A DNA stretch of 64,000 nt, from assembly GCA_002633005.1 (NCBI GenBank), contig NMRA01000005.1, positions 2,188,088-2,252,087 of the forward strand, given 5' to 3'. The notes under the pieces are model-generated. The model searched no databases. It saw only the letters and a list, made by a program, of their open reading frames with translations, and was not told the origin of the DNA. Source of the DNA: Phoronis australis (Eukaryota > Animalia > Phoronida). The position numbers and the translations under genes were made by a program. Numbering within the stretch: position 1 is the stretch's first letter; the number at the start of each line of letters is the position of its first letter. Shown here piece after piece: positions 1 through 12,387 of the stretch.

Positions 1-478
1 ACATTTCAAGTGATATATTGCCCCCGCACTTACCTGAATCGGAAATAAATCCAAGACTTGCAAAGTTTTGAAAATTGTGCTGTGATTGTGGATTTCAAGT
101 GCTATGTATGGGTCCAAACCGTGTTATGTTTCTTGCACTAAACATCCCAATAAGCCAATACCAACGACGAGATGGGCTTCTGTTGTTTCAGTCTGTCTAA
201 GAAGGACTTTTAAGTTTATTGATACACATACGGCTATTGATTTCCATTTTACATACACATGCAGTTGTGTCTTTATGAGGTTCTCTTGTTCTGCATAACT
301 GACTGGGGTGCAAAAAGCTTAAAAACTGGTCGCTGGATAAGTTTTATCGTTGCAACACTTCAGTATAGCTCTGCCACGTCACGCTGGCATGATAACGTCG
401 TTATCCAGCATACAATTAGTTTTCATGCATTGTTGAATTTCATATGGTACCGGAAATCAAGTTAATGTTAGGGGGCAG

Positions 479-516
479 GAGAGAGAGAGAGAGAGAGAGA
501 GGGAGGGCGAGAGAGA
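479..516. repeat. (GA)n microsatellite at gap edge
   Basis: Direct reading. Confidence 0.95.
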
Positions 517-549
517 NNNNNNNNNNNNNNNNNNNNNNNNNNNNNNTAC

Positions 550-691
550 CTTGGTGCCACGGTACGATCGTAGCTTCATTATTTGGTGTTTTCGTCCGTA
601 TGTTCCACACGGGATTTCCGGCTATCTCGGGACCGATCAGTTGTTCCACGATGTTCAACAATCTCTCATTCGACCACAGTTCTCTGACGGC
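550..691 (-). CDS. PhyH-family dioxygenase coding exon 4 (PWHQ motif)
   Basis: Acceptor gtcatatag, encodes AVRELWSNERLL...PWHQ, donor G|gta next to the gap. Confidence 0.9.
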
Positions 692-3600
692 CTATATGAC
701 ACAATAACAGAATCAGTGAAATTTATTGCATAGAGATCATTTGATACGGATTAAAAACTTATATCTTAGAGAAATGCTTACAACGCACTTTTATCGGTCG
801 AGATAAATGCCGAATATGAAAGTGCTCTTTGGCATTCTGTACTGAGAAGTTCAGTAAAGTTTATGAACCAAGAAGTTCACTCTTACTGGAAGTCAAATAC
901 CCTATGGGCATTGGCATCCCTAAGATACTCCCTTAGAAGAGGTACACGGGACATGCCACTCAGAGGGGGACATTTTCACTATCAGTTTTTACTACGAGAA
1001 GGTAGAAGGTGCCTTTTCAGAAAAACACTCCTATGAAAGGGCTCACTTTGATCGTTCGAAACTCTAAATTCCAACTACACTATCCTGTTACCAACATGTA
1101 CTAATTATTAACAACATGCCATCTCCTCTTGTATTGTTTCAGCCTTAAAGGGGTTTAACATTCTCGTTTATATAATTTACCGCTACAAGAGGGCGTTGTA
1201 TCTGGAGCAAACTTTAACGAAAGGATGAGTTTTCATGAAAGCTCTCTACAAGAGGGCGCTGTTTTCAAGCCTATTCTCTGACTAGGTGGATGTCTTAATT
1301 TTCAGCTACACACCACCCCCACCGTCAAACCTATAGTTAAGTATCTCCAGGAGCTAAATTTTAAGGAACAAGATTTTTCGTTATCAGCCGGTGGCTAAAC
1401 TAACAGCCTTGGTCATCAAAACCAGTGTCGGTCGATGACACGAATTGCTAAAGAAGTCTTGAGCAACATTTCTTCTTCACAGAGCTGGATTAAAACTTCT
1501 CGGGGTCAATAACATAAAAATATCTGGGGCCCTAGTAACGTAAACTGACCCCAACTCGCCACAACTGACCCCAACTCGCCATATTTTTAGTTACATTATC
1601 CACTCACAGGACGCCACGATTCCCTTTCTTCGCCGTTCGCCAAAATTTTTCCCCATTGCCACAACTTTCAAGGAGTTCCTGTGGCTAGAAGGCAGGGTCG
1701 CTATTTTGAGTGGGTGCCAACCTGTAACTTCGTTTTCTTAAATGTGAAAACCTAGAAAAAATACCGAATTTCGGGATGGTTGATCGAATTTATTTAAACG
1801 TTTAAGATACTGAACTTTGCTCTCCAATATTACGAATTATCTTAAAAAGGTTTCACTTAAGCATGACAGGTTATCGAAATTTGGGGCTTTCATGATTTTC
1901 GTGAAAAATTCAAAGGCTGCACAAAACGAAACGGAAGGTAATTCAGAAAACTGTAACAGCGTTTTTTGAACATATATATCAAACTTTTCGTGAAAAATTC
2001 AAAGGCTGCACAAAACGAAACGGAGAGTAATTCAGAAAATTGTAACAGCGTTTTTGAACATATATATCAAACTAAATTTAGCCATGTTATTGCTACTGTT
2101 ATTTGGCTTTGGATGTACATTTATTTTTCTTAACTTTTAATAAAAATGCATGGCCACGTTACCCAATTAATGATAGACTGGTATAAAGTGAAAATTCAAA
2201 TTGTTCCAGGTTTCTAATATATGTTTTAATATATTTTTTTCTACTAACACATGCAGGCCCCGGGCAACACACTGCGCAGGTGAGGGTCCTCCCAGATGCA
2301 GACTGCGGATAAAAAAGAGATTTATCTCTTTTCACAAGTGTTTCTGAAACATTTACTTGTCAATGGGCTGGGTGACAGAAATTGTTATAAGTACATTTGG
2401 CATCAAAAAGGTTCTGTGTGTCATTGAAAGGACTGTTAATTGAGAGTGACAGTATCCTGTCTTCTTTTTGTACACAAAATTGTGCGTTTCATTGTCTGCT
2501 AGCTTAGATTAACTTAAAGTGTACGTTGTTACCAGTCCACCGTCGCGATCTTTACATCGGAATGGAGCACTCTTTTTCAGCGATTTAAGCGATCAATATT
2601 CACTGCAAAGCATCTACAAATATTAAGCACGTGTGGAGGGTTTCTTTAATATTTTGTACCCACAGTTAATCGATTCAAGCTCTTTTCAAAACAACATGTA
2701 TTACAAGGTCATGTAATGCTTATTACATGTTCAAACAAATATTGATTACATGCTGCATCACAAATCACGATTTTTTCGAACATGCGGGCTAATTAATCAC
2801 ACCATGACATCTCCTTATGGACACGTCACCGTAATGAAGATCGATTCTTAATTTGCTCGAGAGCCCAACCCATTAAAACACTTATACTCGAATTTTCAAA
2901 GCACAAAAATGAATTGTGTGCTTTAGTACAATCTAACTTTAAATCCCAGTCGTGTGCAGCAATCAAAATATTTTCGAGTTGAGTGTTTCGCAGTTGAAAA
3001 TATTCTGCTTCAGTTTCAAAAGAATTTCATCCTGAAAATCTGAGTAGCAGTTTAAGTAATCCATTCCTACTCCATCATCAGTACGTGACTTTGCATCTGC
3101 GTTATTGCTTTTATGGTGTCTGCTAACTTAGTTTTTCTTGCTAGCCGATTGTGTATTGGATGTTAACTAAGTGTCTCTCTAAGTCTGTTCTTCCCTTCCG
3201 CTCTCTCTTCGCTTGCAACTCTCCAACCCCATGGAATAGCTAGGAAATTTCCACGTGCATGTAGACTTTTGTATGTATTTACCTGCGGGAGAATTCCTTG
3301 TTTATGAAGAATGATATTCGCTCCGGGAAACTCCTTCTCAATCATTGTGAGACGTTGAAACAAACCATACTCTTTGTACAATTCTGTATGGGAAAGAAGG
3401 CCAATTAAAACAAAACGAAACAAAAGAAATTGCATATTCCGGTGTTTGAAAAATATGACAGTGTTATACTTCAAGATTGTAGAAGGCGTGCGGCAAATTT
3501 GTAGGCTTACTATTACAAAGATCGAGACGGGTATGTGACAGCCGTCGAATAAATCCTCTTAAAATAGAATACATATTTAATCAGGCCACATACTACCGGC

Positions 3601-6600
3601 ATAAATCGTAAATCAGCTCACGGGTGCATCTTCCTAATAAGACAAACCCTGTAAAAACAGTTTGAAACTAGACGCTTTTCAACCAAACTACTAGAGCATG
3701 CCATGCAATAATAGCAAGAATCTAAGCATTATGTGTCCTTGGTGACTGCTCATTTACGATCAAAACGTATAAAAATAGCGACGTGACTCCTATTCACATT
3801 GGCTGCATTTCACTGAGTACGCCGGTTTCATCGGGTCAACCGGCTAAACCATTTGATTGGTTGTCGATGATGACTTCTGGATCACAGACCAATCAGATGT
3901 CTTTACCAATTCATCCGACGGGTTTAGCCAATCAAGTGTAGCCAACGTTGTGTCGTTTCCTGCGTAATTTGCTCGCGTGGAAACCTTTAAGCCATGGCCC
4001 CATATGTCCTATCTTTTAGGTCCGTGGCTACCTCGGAGGAGGGGGGAGATTTTGGATTAGACCCTTTTCCAGATGTTCAATAGTGAATAGCACCAAAGTT
4101 CCCAAGAATTCATTTGGATGATTGGTATGAGTCTTAGTTTAAAAGTTGGAAAAAACAAGCTTCAAATATTTTGTTAGCCACAAGATTCCAACGCAATATG
4201 ATCAAAACAGCCAATCAAACGACAGGTAATGATTGGATCCGTGCCATTCCCAACATGTTTGCTTACAGTAGTGTTTTGTGCTTCTTAAACCAACCAGGAG
4301 TTTGTGTCAGCTGTGGCACTGCTGAGATGATTAATTATGGCATGCGTATATGAATTATTTACACAGCAATGAAGTGCCAAGATGTCTGCCCGTTGTTACA
4401 TTCTGCTCACCATTCTGAGCTTCTGGAATTTACAAACATCACCTGCTCTCGCCTGACTAAGGGCCAGACTACAGACTCTGCAAACAAGTGGACTGAAAAG
4501 TTTTTAAGTTTTTGTACTTTATCACAGACAGTGTTACAGACAGGTTACTGATGTTACGGAAATTGAAAGAGCTAATAAACAAGGAAAAGGATCGATCAAG
4601 GAAACGCTGAACTTAATAGAAAATTATTATAACAAAATTATCAGTTCTAGTGGGTAACAGACGACTAAACAAAGAAAAGGAAACTTCAAATCCTTCCTAA
4701 CTTCAAAGTATTGACTGATAACAAACCTCAGTTGGAAAAACTACGGTCAATTATCTCCAGATTGGGACATAGAGAAAATATTATTTTGCCATAGGGCCCG
4801 AAATTGTCACAAATTTTAGAAATATGCACTATTAGCTGTCCCAAACACATTGTACTGGCGATAGTTTTACCAACGTGATCAGCACTGCTTTTAAACTTCA
4901 TAGCCTATTTCAAACTCTGATATGCAAAAAATGGGAAACGTTAGGAATTATAAAAAATACAAAAATCATAATGAGGAAAATTCAGTTTTAGCTCAGATTT
5001 CGGGAGATAGTCCCGAAGTAGGGAATTTTTTTAAGAAATATTTATTATTCCAATTACATAACCTCTAAAACAAGACACTTTAGAATAAACTTTTGTGTTA
5101 CAGTAAACGCTTTTCAATTTCAGAAAAAAGCTGTTGCTAAAATGGACATTGTTCTATTTTTCAAAGGCTGAATAACAGTGTTACAGATGCTCAAAATTTT
5201 ACCATGTGTTGTGTGATAACAGTTGTACACGTTCAGTATAATCAATGGTGGTATTGGCTTTCATTTTTTTAAAAGGCTTACGTTTGCTTAGAACTTTGAC
5301 AAAATAAAATTACCCGACCTGGATAGACAATTCCAGAGTATTTCAAGAAGTTTCATTCTTGAGACGCAGACAAGGAGGCCTGTGTTAAACTTCTGTTTAA
5401 ACAATGGTCAAGTGTTGATGCTGAGCTATTTGGGGACGGAAGTCTATGTCCCCCACAGAAATCTGAGTCATTGCCATGTTAGTGATTTTTAAAGGAAGGT
5501 TTTCTGTGCCACATTTTGCAAAATAGCTGGACAGATAGTCGTTATGCATTTTTCGCGTTGCGATCAACATAACCACTGAGCAACATTAATAAGCCAGCGA
5601 GTACGATATTTTAATCGCAAAATCTCAACATCTCTTCTAATGGCATGAATCTATTCCTTTCTCAGTTCAGCATCGTTAGGGAACATATACAAAGAAAGTC
5701 CTTCTTTTTGGTCGAGTTGTTGCTCAGTTGCACACAGCAATGTTTGCAAACGAGCGGCCGGGAAGCATGGCCTCGCTTCCGAGTAAGTTCATTCAAAGAT
5801 GGTGCGATGGTCCAAGTAGATAATAGTCCCAATGATTTTAAAAACACCAAAATTTTAATGGCCCCAAAAGTAGCCACGGACATGATTTTCTAGGCTTCCT
5901 GGAATCTAATGGACTATTGCCTATTTCGTGAGTGTCAAGGCTCACTTCCCTTTAAGTGATTGCGCATATTCCCTCCGTGAGTACAAGGATTCGATCTTAA
6001 ACCACCTGCAGTTATGTCATGTTTTAAACGTGCGGGCGCAGATAGTCGTGGAAAACACTTTATCAAAACATGCTTTCTCATTGTAGCAAAGGAGTGTATT
6101 TCTGTTGCACGCGTCTGGGCTCCGGTGAGTTGCTTGAATTATTCACAAATCTGTTCACGAAGTGGGATACACTTGATCAATTTTTAATGGCCAAAGAAAA
6201 ACGAGTATGTAGTAGTAGCCGGTCTCGTGTCGCAGGGCGTCTCGGAAAGACGAAGTGCGTGCTCTCTACGTTATGGCGAAGCTGGTTTGAAATCTAATAA
6301 GTAAGTATTGCAAACTAAATACTGCCAGCGATGATGTACGTAGTAGTGACAGACTTAAAAGTCAAAACACTGGCAGCCCCAGTGACGATGACAATGAACA
6401 CGGTGATGACGCTATTTGTAACAAGTTATGTCATAAAACGAGTAACAAAAAACAACTTCAAAATTTCAAAAACTTCTAATCGTTTAAATACTTGTGATTT
6501 TGCCGGCCGCATGCAGTGTTTCCGCCAAATCATTCACAAGACCCTTGATAGCCTCTCTGCAGGACTCCAGTTCATCAACAGTGAAGAAATCCTCCACCAC

Positions 6601-9600
6601 AACATAGCCCTACAAGAAAAGATGAGGATCATTCAAGACCTCGCAAAATCACGCGAGTCTGCTCGAAACCTTCATGTAAGGTGGGACAAGATGGCCAGAC
6701 GGGGTAAAATGCTAACCACCTTTACGTTTCACGCGAAAGCGCTCACTTCACTTGACTCAACAATGCATAACGGCTACCTTTGCGTTGAAATTCCGATTGC
6801 ATACTGCGTTTTAATGATCAATGAGGAGTTGAAGTACACTTTTGCGAGGGCAAGAACGATGAAATTGGTGACGGTGCAGATTTTTTGAGTGAATAATTCT
6901 CGCGGTCCATTTCAAAATCCGGAAATTGATTGTTCCGGAAATAATGTACTCTCGGTGAACCTTAAAAAGCGGCTAATTGTATAGATATTTAAAGGAATTA
7001 ATCAACAGTGGCACTCGAAAGTCGAAATATTAGTTTTGGTTTTCATTTTTGGAAATATCCAAATGTCTCTTTAATGGTGTACAATTACGTTTCGATATGC
7101 ATATCCCTGTTTCGTCGTTTTTGGCATATAAATTTGTCGCCTTCAACACAATTAAAGTTGAACACACTTTTGGTTTCTGTTGATCTGCGACCTGATGCAA
7201 AACGCCTACTCTGGCCGTTTTACACAAAAGGAAGAACATTTTTGTCTCAAGCAAGAGGAAAGACGCTCTAAACTTAGTTTTTAAAAATTTCCATTGGTGT
7301 GCAGTGTCAGACCAAATCAGTTCACGTTAATTAATAGAATAATGTAAGAAAATCATCACGGGGTGTTCAAGCTAGGGTGATGAAGGTTGGATTATAGGGT
7401 AGAATTCATCAATAATGCCATAGAATCAATTGTTTCTGTTCCGTAAGCGAATGTTATTCCTCGTCGCAAGTGCGTGGCTACTGTCTTGAGACTACGGAAC
7501 GCAGCGCGGGTTTCTATTGAAGTGGAAAGAACGCGTGGTTTGTGGCCCGAAAATCAGAATTATAGTGCTCTAATGCATGAATCATTAAAAAATAGAATTA
7601 TATAAGTTAATGAAAAGTGGCTGTATATTACCGCGAGCTGATGAAAATTGTAGTAAATATGTCCATTTACGTGGTTTAGTCGCGGTGAAAACGGAAGACC
7701 ACGATTGAAGGACCCACGGTGCGTATTGAATTTCGTGTACGACTATACTTAAAAATCCACAAGAAACTTTCTATATTATAGGTTGTTCATGCATGCCTCT
7801 TAAAGACATCCCGTGTGTAAATTAGCTCTTCTCCAGACACGCCTTCAGCCGATTTTCGTTCTGAAATACATTGAGCTGTATGCTGACGTAATTTACAGTT
7901 GGATCATAAAGTGAAATGGGGCTACCATGCGAACGTACTACGCGAATCGATTCATTTTGCGGTGAAAAATACACGAACCATTTTTACTTGCACAGCATAG
8001 GCTGAGGTTTTGGTTCGTAAAACATACGTCAAGTTTTGTCCCACGAGGTTTCCACCAGCGTCTGAAAATAGTTATTTACAGACATATAGGTCTACATAGT
8101 TATTTGCAGGCATGCGAATGGTTATTTACTATCGCTGGCCGAATCGATGAACGTTGCGCGCTAAATTACGTGCGTAAAGTAATTCTTGTTGGTGGCGTGA
8201 ATTAAATATTTGCTGGGTAAAGTAGTTTTTAAGGGCCTTTCATACTAAACCCAACGCATCGTTGTAGGCCTATTGGGGAGTTGCGGTCAGTATGAACGCT
8301 CAACTTCGGTCCTGGATCGAAGTTAACAGCGCCAATTAACTTCGCACTAAGCAGGTGGATTTTACAGCGGAGAGTCGACGCTGCAGCGCCAACGGTCAAC
8401 TTCGGTCCCATCGAAGTTATCGCCAGGTGCCACTGTTATCGTCAACAATTAAAAGGTCGTGTCGTCGCTAATAGTTGCTTATATTTTGCTCGAATAATCA
8501 CCAATCGAATTAAAAATACGTTTCATGTTAATTAGTACATATAAATATTCCCAAATTGTCACATTAAAAATAATCTTAGCGTGCAGCGCTTCCTTGCGAT
8601 TACTTCGATGACAACAGCGTCACCTACCGTTTACTTTGTTGTTCGTATAAAAGGCATTTAATAGTGTGAAATAATTATTTGCGGCGTAAAGTAACGTTTA
8701 AAGCTGTAAAGTAAATATCTTCAGACTGTTTACGTGTCTAATGCAGGACCTCGCTAGAAAACCAAGACTTCGCGAGATTACGCAAGATATTTGTTGTGTT
8801 CTTGCAAAAACTACATTTATGGCTATTTATGTCGCTTTTACTGCATATGAGCGGCGAAACGATTAAAACGCCGGGCCCGAAAAGCATACATGTAGGCCTA
8901 CGTATTAATTGACTACGAACGTGACTGGCACAAAATCCACTATAATACTGTTTTTGTTCTATCCCATTTGCGTGCGTAATAACCACAAAAATGGATGACT
9001 AGAGATCACTCAGACTATCGTTTTAAGTAAAGAGGCCACGAACCCTCCTTCCATTACAGAAAAAGCAACCTTTGCATCAAACCACTTCGTGTTTTGAAAT
9101 AATGGTCTCAAAGTGATCCTTAGTCAAGTGGAGCTGATATCAGGTCATGAACAAAACTGACAGTTCGTTATTACTCGAGGTCAGGCTTGAGGTTAAGTTG
9201 GTTTGTAATTATGTATGGGCCGCGGAAAGGACAAAAATAGTTAATAGAAAAATCAAACCTAATTCGAAAAAAATCAAACATGTGTGGAAAATCAAACCTT
9301 TCTGTGGAAACGGGAACTAGCTAAGTGCGTGGAAAGGGTAAAATTACGAATCACTTTTGATTTTTCTATCATCTATTGTCCCTTTCCGCGGCTCATAATG
9401 ATGTGAGAATGGTTGCAATGAATAACAAACCGCTAGTTCTTTGCAAACCAAGAAAAGGCTTCTCATTTGGGTAGGGAACAAAGTCAAACCAACCTTACCA
9501 CGAAAACTAGTCTAAATCAAAAGTTCGCTTCTTTAGAGGGAACGCGGGTTTCAGTGCTGCTTAACATCTTTTGATCGATATTTGGAACCTGCCAATCATT

Positions 9601-10033
9601 GAACACATTTTCAGCGGCCTGAACAGGTACCAAAATTAGTGACCACTATGTTATTTGACGGTTGCTCGCGGCAGATGTCGCCCGGCTCTGGATGAAATAA
9701 TTTTTGAGTCAGGGCCCCTTCGAGACTCTAACCGACGAATACAGTATTCAGCAACAGGCGCCCTTGTCAAATCTAACTCAACCCCAAATTGCGAAGGATT
9801 GAATCGGCCCGGTAAAGTCGTCGAACCGATTAACGTCAAACACGACAGTCTTCCTACGTACATGTATACTACAACTAGATCTACATAATCATATACTGTA
9901 CCTCATCGAAATATTGCTTTAACTGTTGGGATGAAAGTTGTCCTTGTTTACGTTGTTCGGACTGTGGGGGTATAGTTGTGTATAAGTCTGGGTAAGCCTC
10001 GTCTGACTCTCCTGGCCATCGTTTTGGCTCCAT
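550..10033 (-). CDS. Phytanoyl-CoA dioxygenase (PhyH)-family Fe(II)/2OG dioxygenase, 5' part; coding exons 10033-9902, 6609-6492, 3383-3283, 691-550; 3' end not found in window
   Basis: Four GT-AG exons join in frame (intron phases 0,1,0,1): MEPKRWPGESDEAYPDLYTTIPPQSEQRKQGQLSSQQLKQYFDE|GYVVVEDFFTVDELESCREAIKGLVNDLAETLHAAGKITK|LYKEYGLFQRLTMIEKEFPGANIILHKQGILPQ|AVRELWSNERLLNIVEQLIGPEIAGNPVWNIRTKTPNNEATIVPWHQ(D). The QxxxF..GYvvvedff start and the PWHQ(D) HxD iron-binding motif are typical of PhyH; the Asp is inferred from a split codon starting with G. Confidence 0.9.
1543..1581 (+). repeat. 20-bp tandem duplication
   Basis: AACTGACCCCAACTCGCCA occurs twice. Confidence 0.9.
1896..2072 (+). repeat. 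Tandem duplication of a ~89-bp unit
   Basis: TTTTCGTGAAAAATTCAAAGGCTGCAC...GAACATATATATCAAACT occurs twice. Confidence 0.95.
3283..3383 (-). CDS. PhyH-family dioxygenase coding exon 3
   Basis: Acceptor ttcccatacag, encodes LYKEYGLFQRLT...GILPQ, donor CAG|gtaaat. Confidence 0.88.
3799..3946. mobile_element. Degenerate palindromic mini-MITE
   Basis: TTGGCTGCA...TGTAGCCAA ends; inner CATTTGATTGGT / ACCAATCAGATG. Confidence 0.45.
5625..5755 (-). pseudogene. Degenerate THAP-domain N-terminal remnant (transposon-derived)
   Basis: KHCCVQLSNNSTKK/(frameshift)LSLYMFPNDAELRKE*IHAIRRDV; fits the THAP pattern CCV..C...lf.FP.d...r..Wi.ai.R with TGG>TAG. Confidence 0.7.
6492..6609 (-). CDS. PhyH-family dioxygenase coding exon 2
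   Basis: Acceptor ttttcttgtag, encodes GYVVVEDFF...AAGKIT, donor A|gtattt. Confidence 0.88.
9214..9397. mobile_element. Short MITE
   Basis: TIR TATGGGCCGCGGAAAGGACAA...ATAGAAAAATCAAA versus reverse complement TATGAGCCGCGGAAAGGGACAA...ATAGAAAAATCAAA. Confidence 0.75.
9902..10033 (-). CDS. PhyH-family dioxygenase coding exon 1 (44 codons)
   Basis: ATG at 10033-10031, donor GAG|gtacag; not in the ORF track. Confidence 0.85.
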
Positions 10034-11115
10034 TATCCTTGAACAACCCTGGGCCCCAAAACATGAGCGTTATCAAGTTTGATATGTCAGTGCGGATCGT
10101 TCACATCAAGATACAATATCACTGAGGTGATGGAAAGTGGGTCAGACTGATACCAGCAGGATTTGTTCCCGGGGAAGTGATCACCTCGGTCAAATGTGAG
10201 AGGTTATGCTCTATTTTTGTCCGCTGACAATTTGTTTACTAAAACTAGAATTCTAACCGAAAACAACCAGGACAATTCGTTGTGATGTCCAAATCCTTCG
10301 TGAGCTGCCCTGCCCGGCTGAAAAATACGCTAAAATAAAATAAACTAGATTGTTATTACTTGACAGAGGTTAGCGATTTCCTATTGAATTGTAAGCCTAC
10401 TTTCACAGTGAATTTCGGGTTCATGTTTTCTTGTGGTTTACAGACTAACTTCTTTGCAAGTTTTTTGGATTGTTTTTAAGACCAAGTCCAACAGCCAACG
10501 ACTGATGAATTTTTCCTTGTTCTAAGCTGAACTACCAATACCCCCTTGTTAGGTCTGAAGTGTAATTGTTAATCTGTCATTGCACACAGGGAATTCGCTT
10601 GTTTCTAAGCGTAAGATAATACTTGTACAAACGCTAAGTGTTTCGTTGAGTCTGAAGGTCACTATCTACAGACGTACGACTCATCTAATGACCTAGAACT
10701 CAGTGCTTGACGTCAGAGCGAACAGGGACCCACCGCAACACCAAGGATAGCAACATTGAATTTAACACGGAAACGATAAAAGGGAAGCGACCAGGAGAAC
10801 AATAAAATTGTTGGAGGACAACACAACGTTAGTTTTGCTCCGGGACGTTTATTTACATATGGAAGAACCACCTTCATAAACCACGTTCAATGAATTGTGT
10901 GCCAGTAAAACTGAAGTTATGACCTACGGTCGTGGATAAAACTGACCTCTCCTTGTCAACTAGACATTGTATTTGAGCTTGAGGTTAATCCTTTCACTCA
11001 TTCTACATTCTGAAAACACTTAATATCAAGAAATATTCAAAAAGAGTTTTGCCTGCTTCGGTTTGTACTATGGTCCAACTAAAAGGAAACCGAAAGAGCT
11101 TTTATGAATTAAAAG

Positions 11116-12086
11116 CATAGGCGGATTTAGTCGGCTGCCGCAAAAAAAATAAAACAGCAAGAGCGTTGAGTTTATTGATTAACCCCGGTAATTAAAGTTA
11201 TACGGATGAAACAAGATTTAAATGTCTGCAGTTTTAGTGTTTGGGGGGGGCTCAGATCCAATTTCAAGTGTCAAATTCGGAACACGGCGCATTCGTAAGG
11301 GAACTAATCCATGGCTAAGTATAAGCTCTTCCGTGATATCCCAGGCGACCGGCAGTGGCGCTGCGCACTACGACTCCGTTTCCGTCGTCTGCTCCACTGT
11401 GCAATGAAGACGATTTAATTCATTTTTTAAAGAAAATGGAACCTGAGTGACGATCATGAAAAAACAGAAACTGCTGGTAAGATGTGAATTTTAATCGAAG
11501 CCTTGGTGAATAACTCAGTAACTCATAATTCTCTCTTTGTCAAACCTTAACTTAAGACGATTTCCAAAGCAATCCCGTCATTATTGCCCACACGAAAAAC
11601 GGATTTGGTCTTTTGGGCATTTGAAGACTATTTTAACAAATTTGTTAAGAACCGATTGCACAAAATTATAAAACGTGTAATAAGCATTACAAAAAGTAGG
11701 TTTCGCGCGCAAACGCTGTGGACCACAAACAAGTAGGTCTCTTAGCACAATTTTAGCAGTTAAATCGTGGTGGTGTAGTGGTAAAGCACGCGCGTTTTAT
11801 TCGTGAGTTCGAGTCTGTGGAGCATGCGGTTTTTCCTGTTTGACACGTTCTCCGTTGTTTTTTTTTTTGCCTTTTTTTCTTGGATAATACTTCAGCAATC
11901 AAGGAAAATGCTTGTTTTTTAGAGGAAAAAACAGAAAATTTTCCTAGGCGGGAGGGGGGTTTGCAAACCCCCCTCCCGACCTCCCCCCAATCGATGTTAT
12001 AGGGATCAACAATCGTGGTTTGCGCAAATGCTTACAGCCGGACAAAATGTTGGGCCTCCCCTTGTGATATCCTAGATCCGCCACTG
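11116..12086. mobile_element. Non-autonomous DNA transposon (MITE), copy 1, 5-bp TSD
   Basis: Imperfect TIRs CATAGGCGGATTTAG / CTAGATCCGCCACTG; AAAAG on both sides; closely similar to 57047-58002 along its length. Confidence 0.9.
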
Positions 12087-12387
12087 AAAAGTAACGTAGC
12101 CTATGTCTAATACAAGATTTTCACGCTGTGCCACTCGATTGAGCTCGTCCAAGTCTTGGTGCTGGATGTAATCATCATTTTGGATATCTTGTTAAATTCG
12201 TACGAATCCATGAAGCTTCACAAGTAAAACAACTATTGGCAAGCAATATATTGCATTTATAGGGATTACGCATATTCTTGAGAGTGGAGCGCTATTTGCA
12301 ATCATAATATCGTCAGATCGCTTTAGATCCAACGAAGCCCTTGAAAGGTCTGCCATTTCGTTGTCTATTCTGAAACTTACCGGTATC

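Noticed and set aside
28-200. Next PhyH exon ending at the strong minus-strand donor near position 34
   Set aside because: The frames I read contain stops and lack the expected D..Y...W.PL continuation
6331-6888. 185-aa plus-strand ORF
   Set aside because: Antisense shadow of PhyH exon 2 plus low-complexity sequence; no recognisable motif
11222-11407. Similar small ORFs at 11222 and 57174
   Set aside because: Lie in MITE copies and differ by frameshifts; no sign of coding constraint
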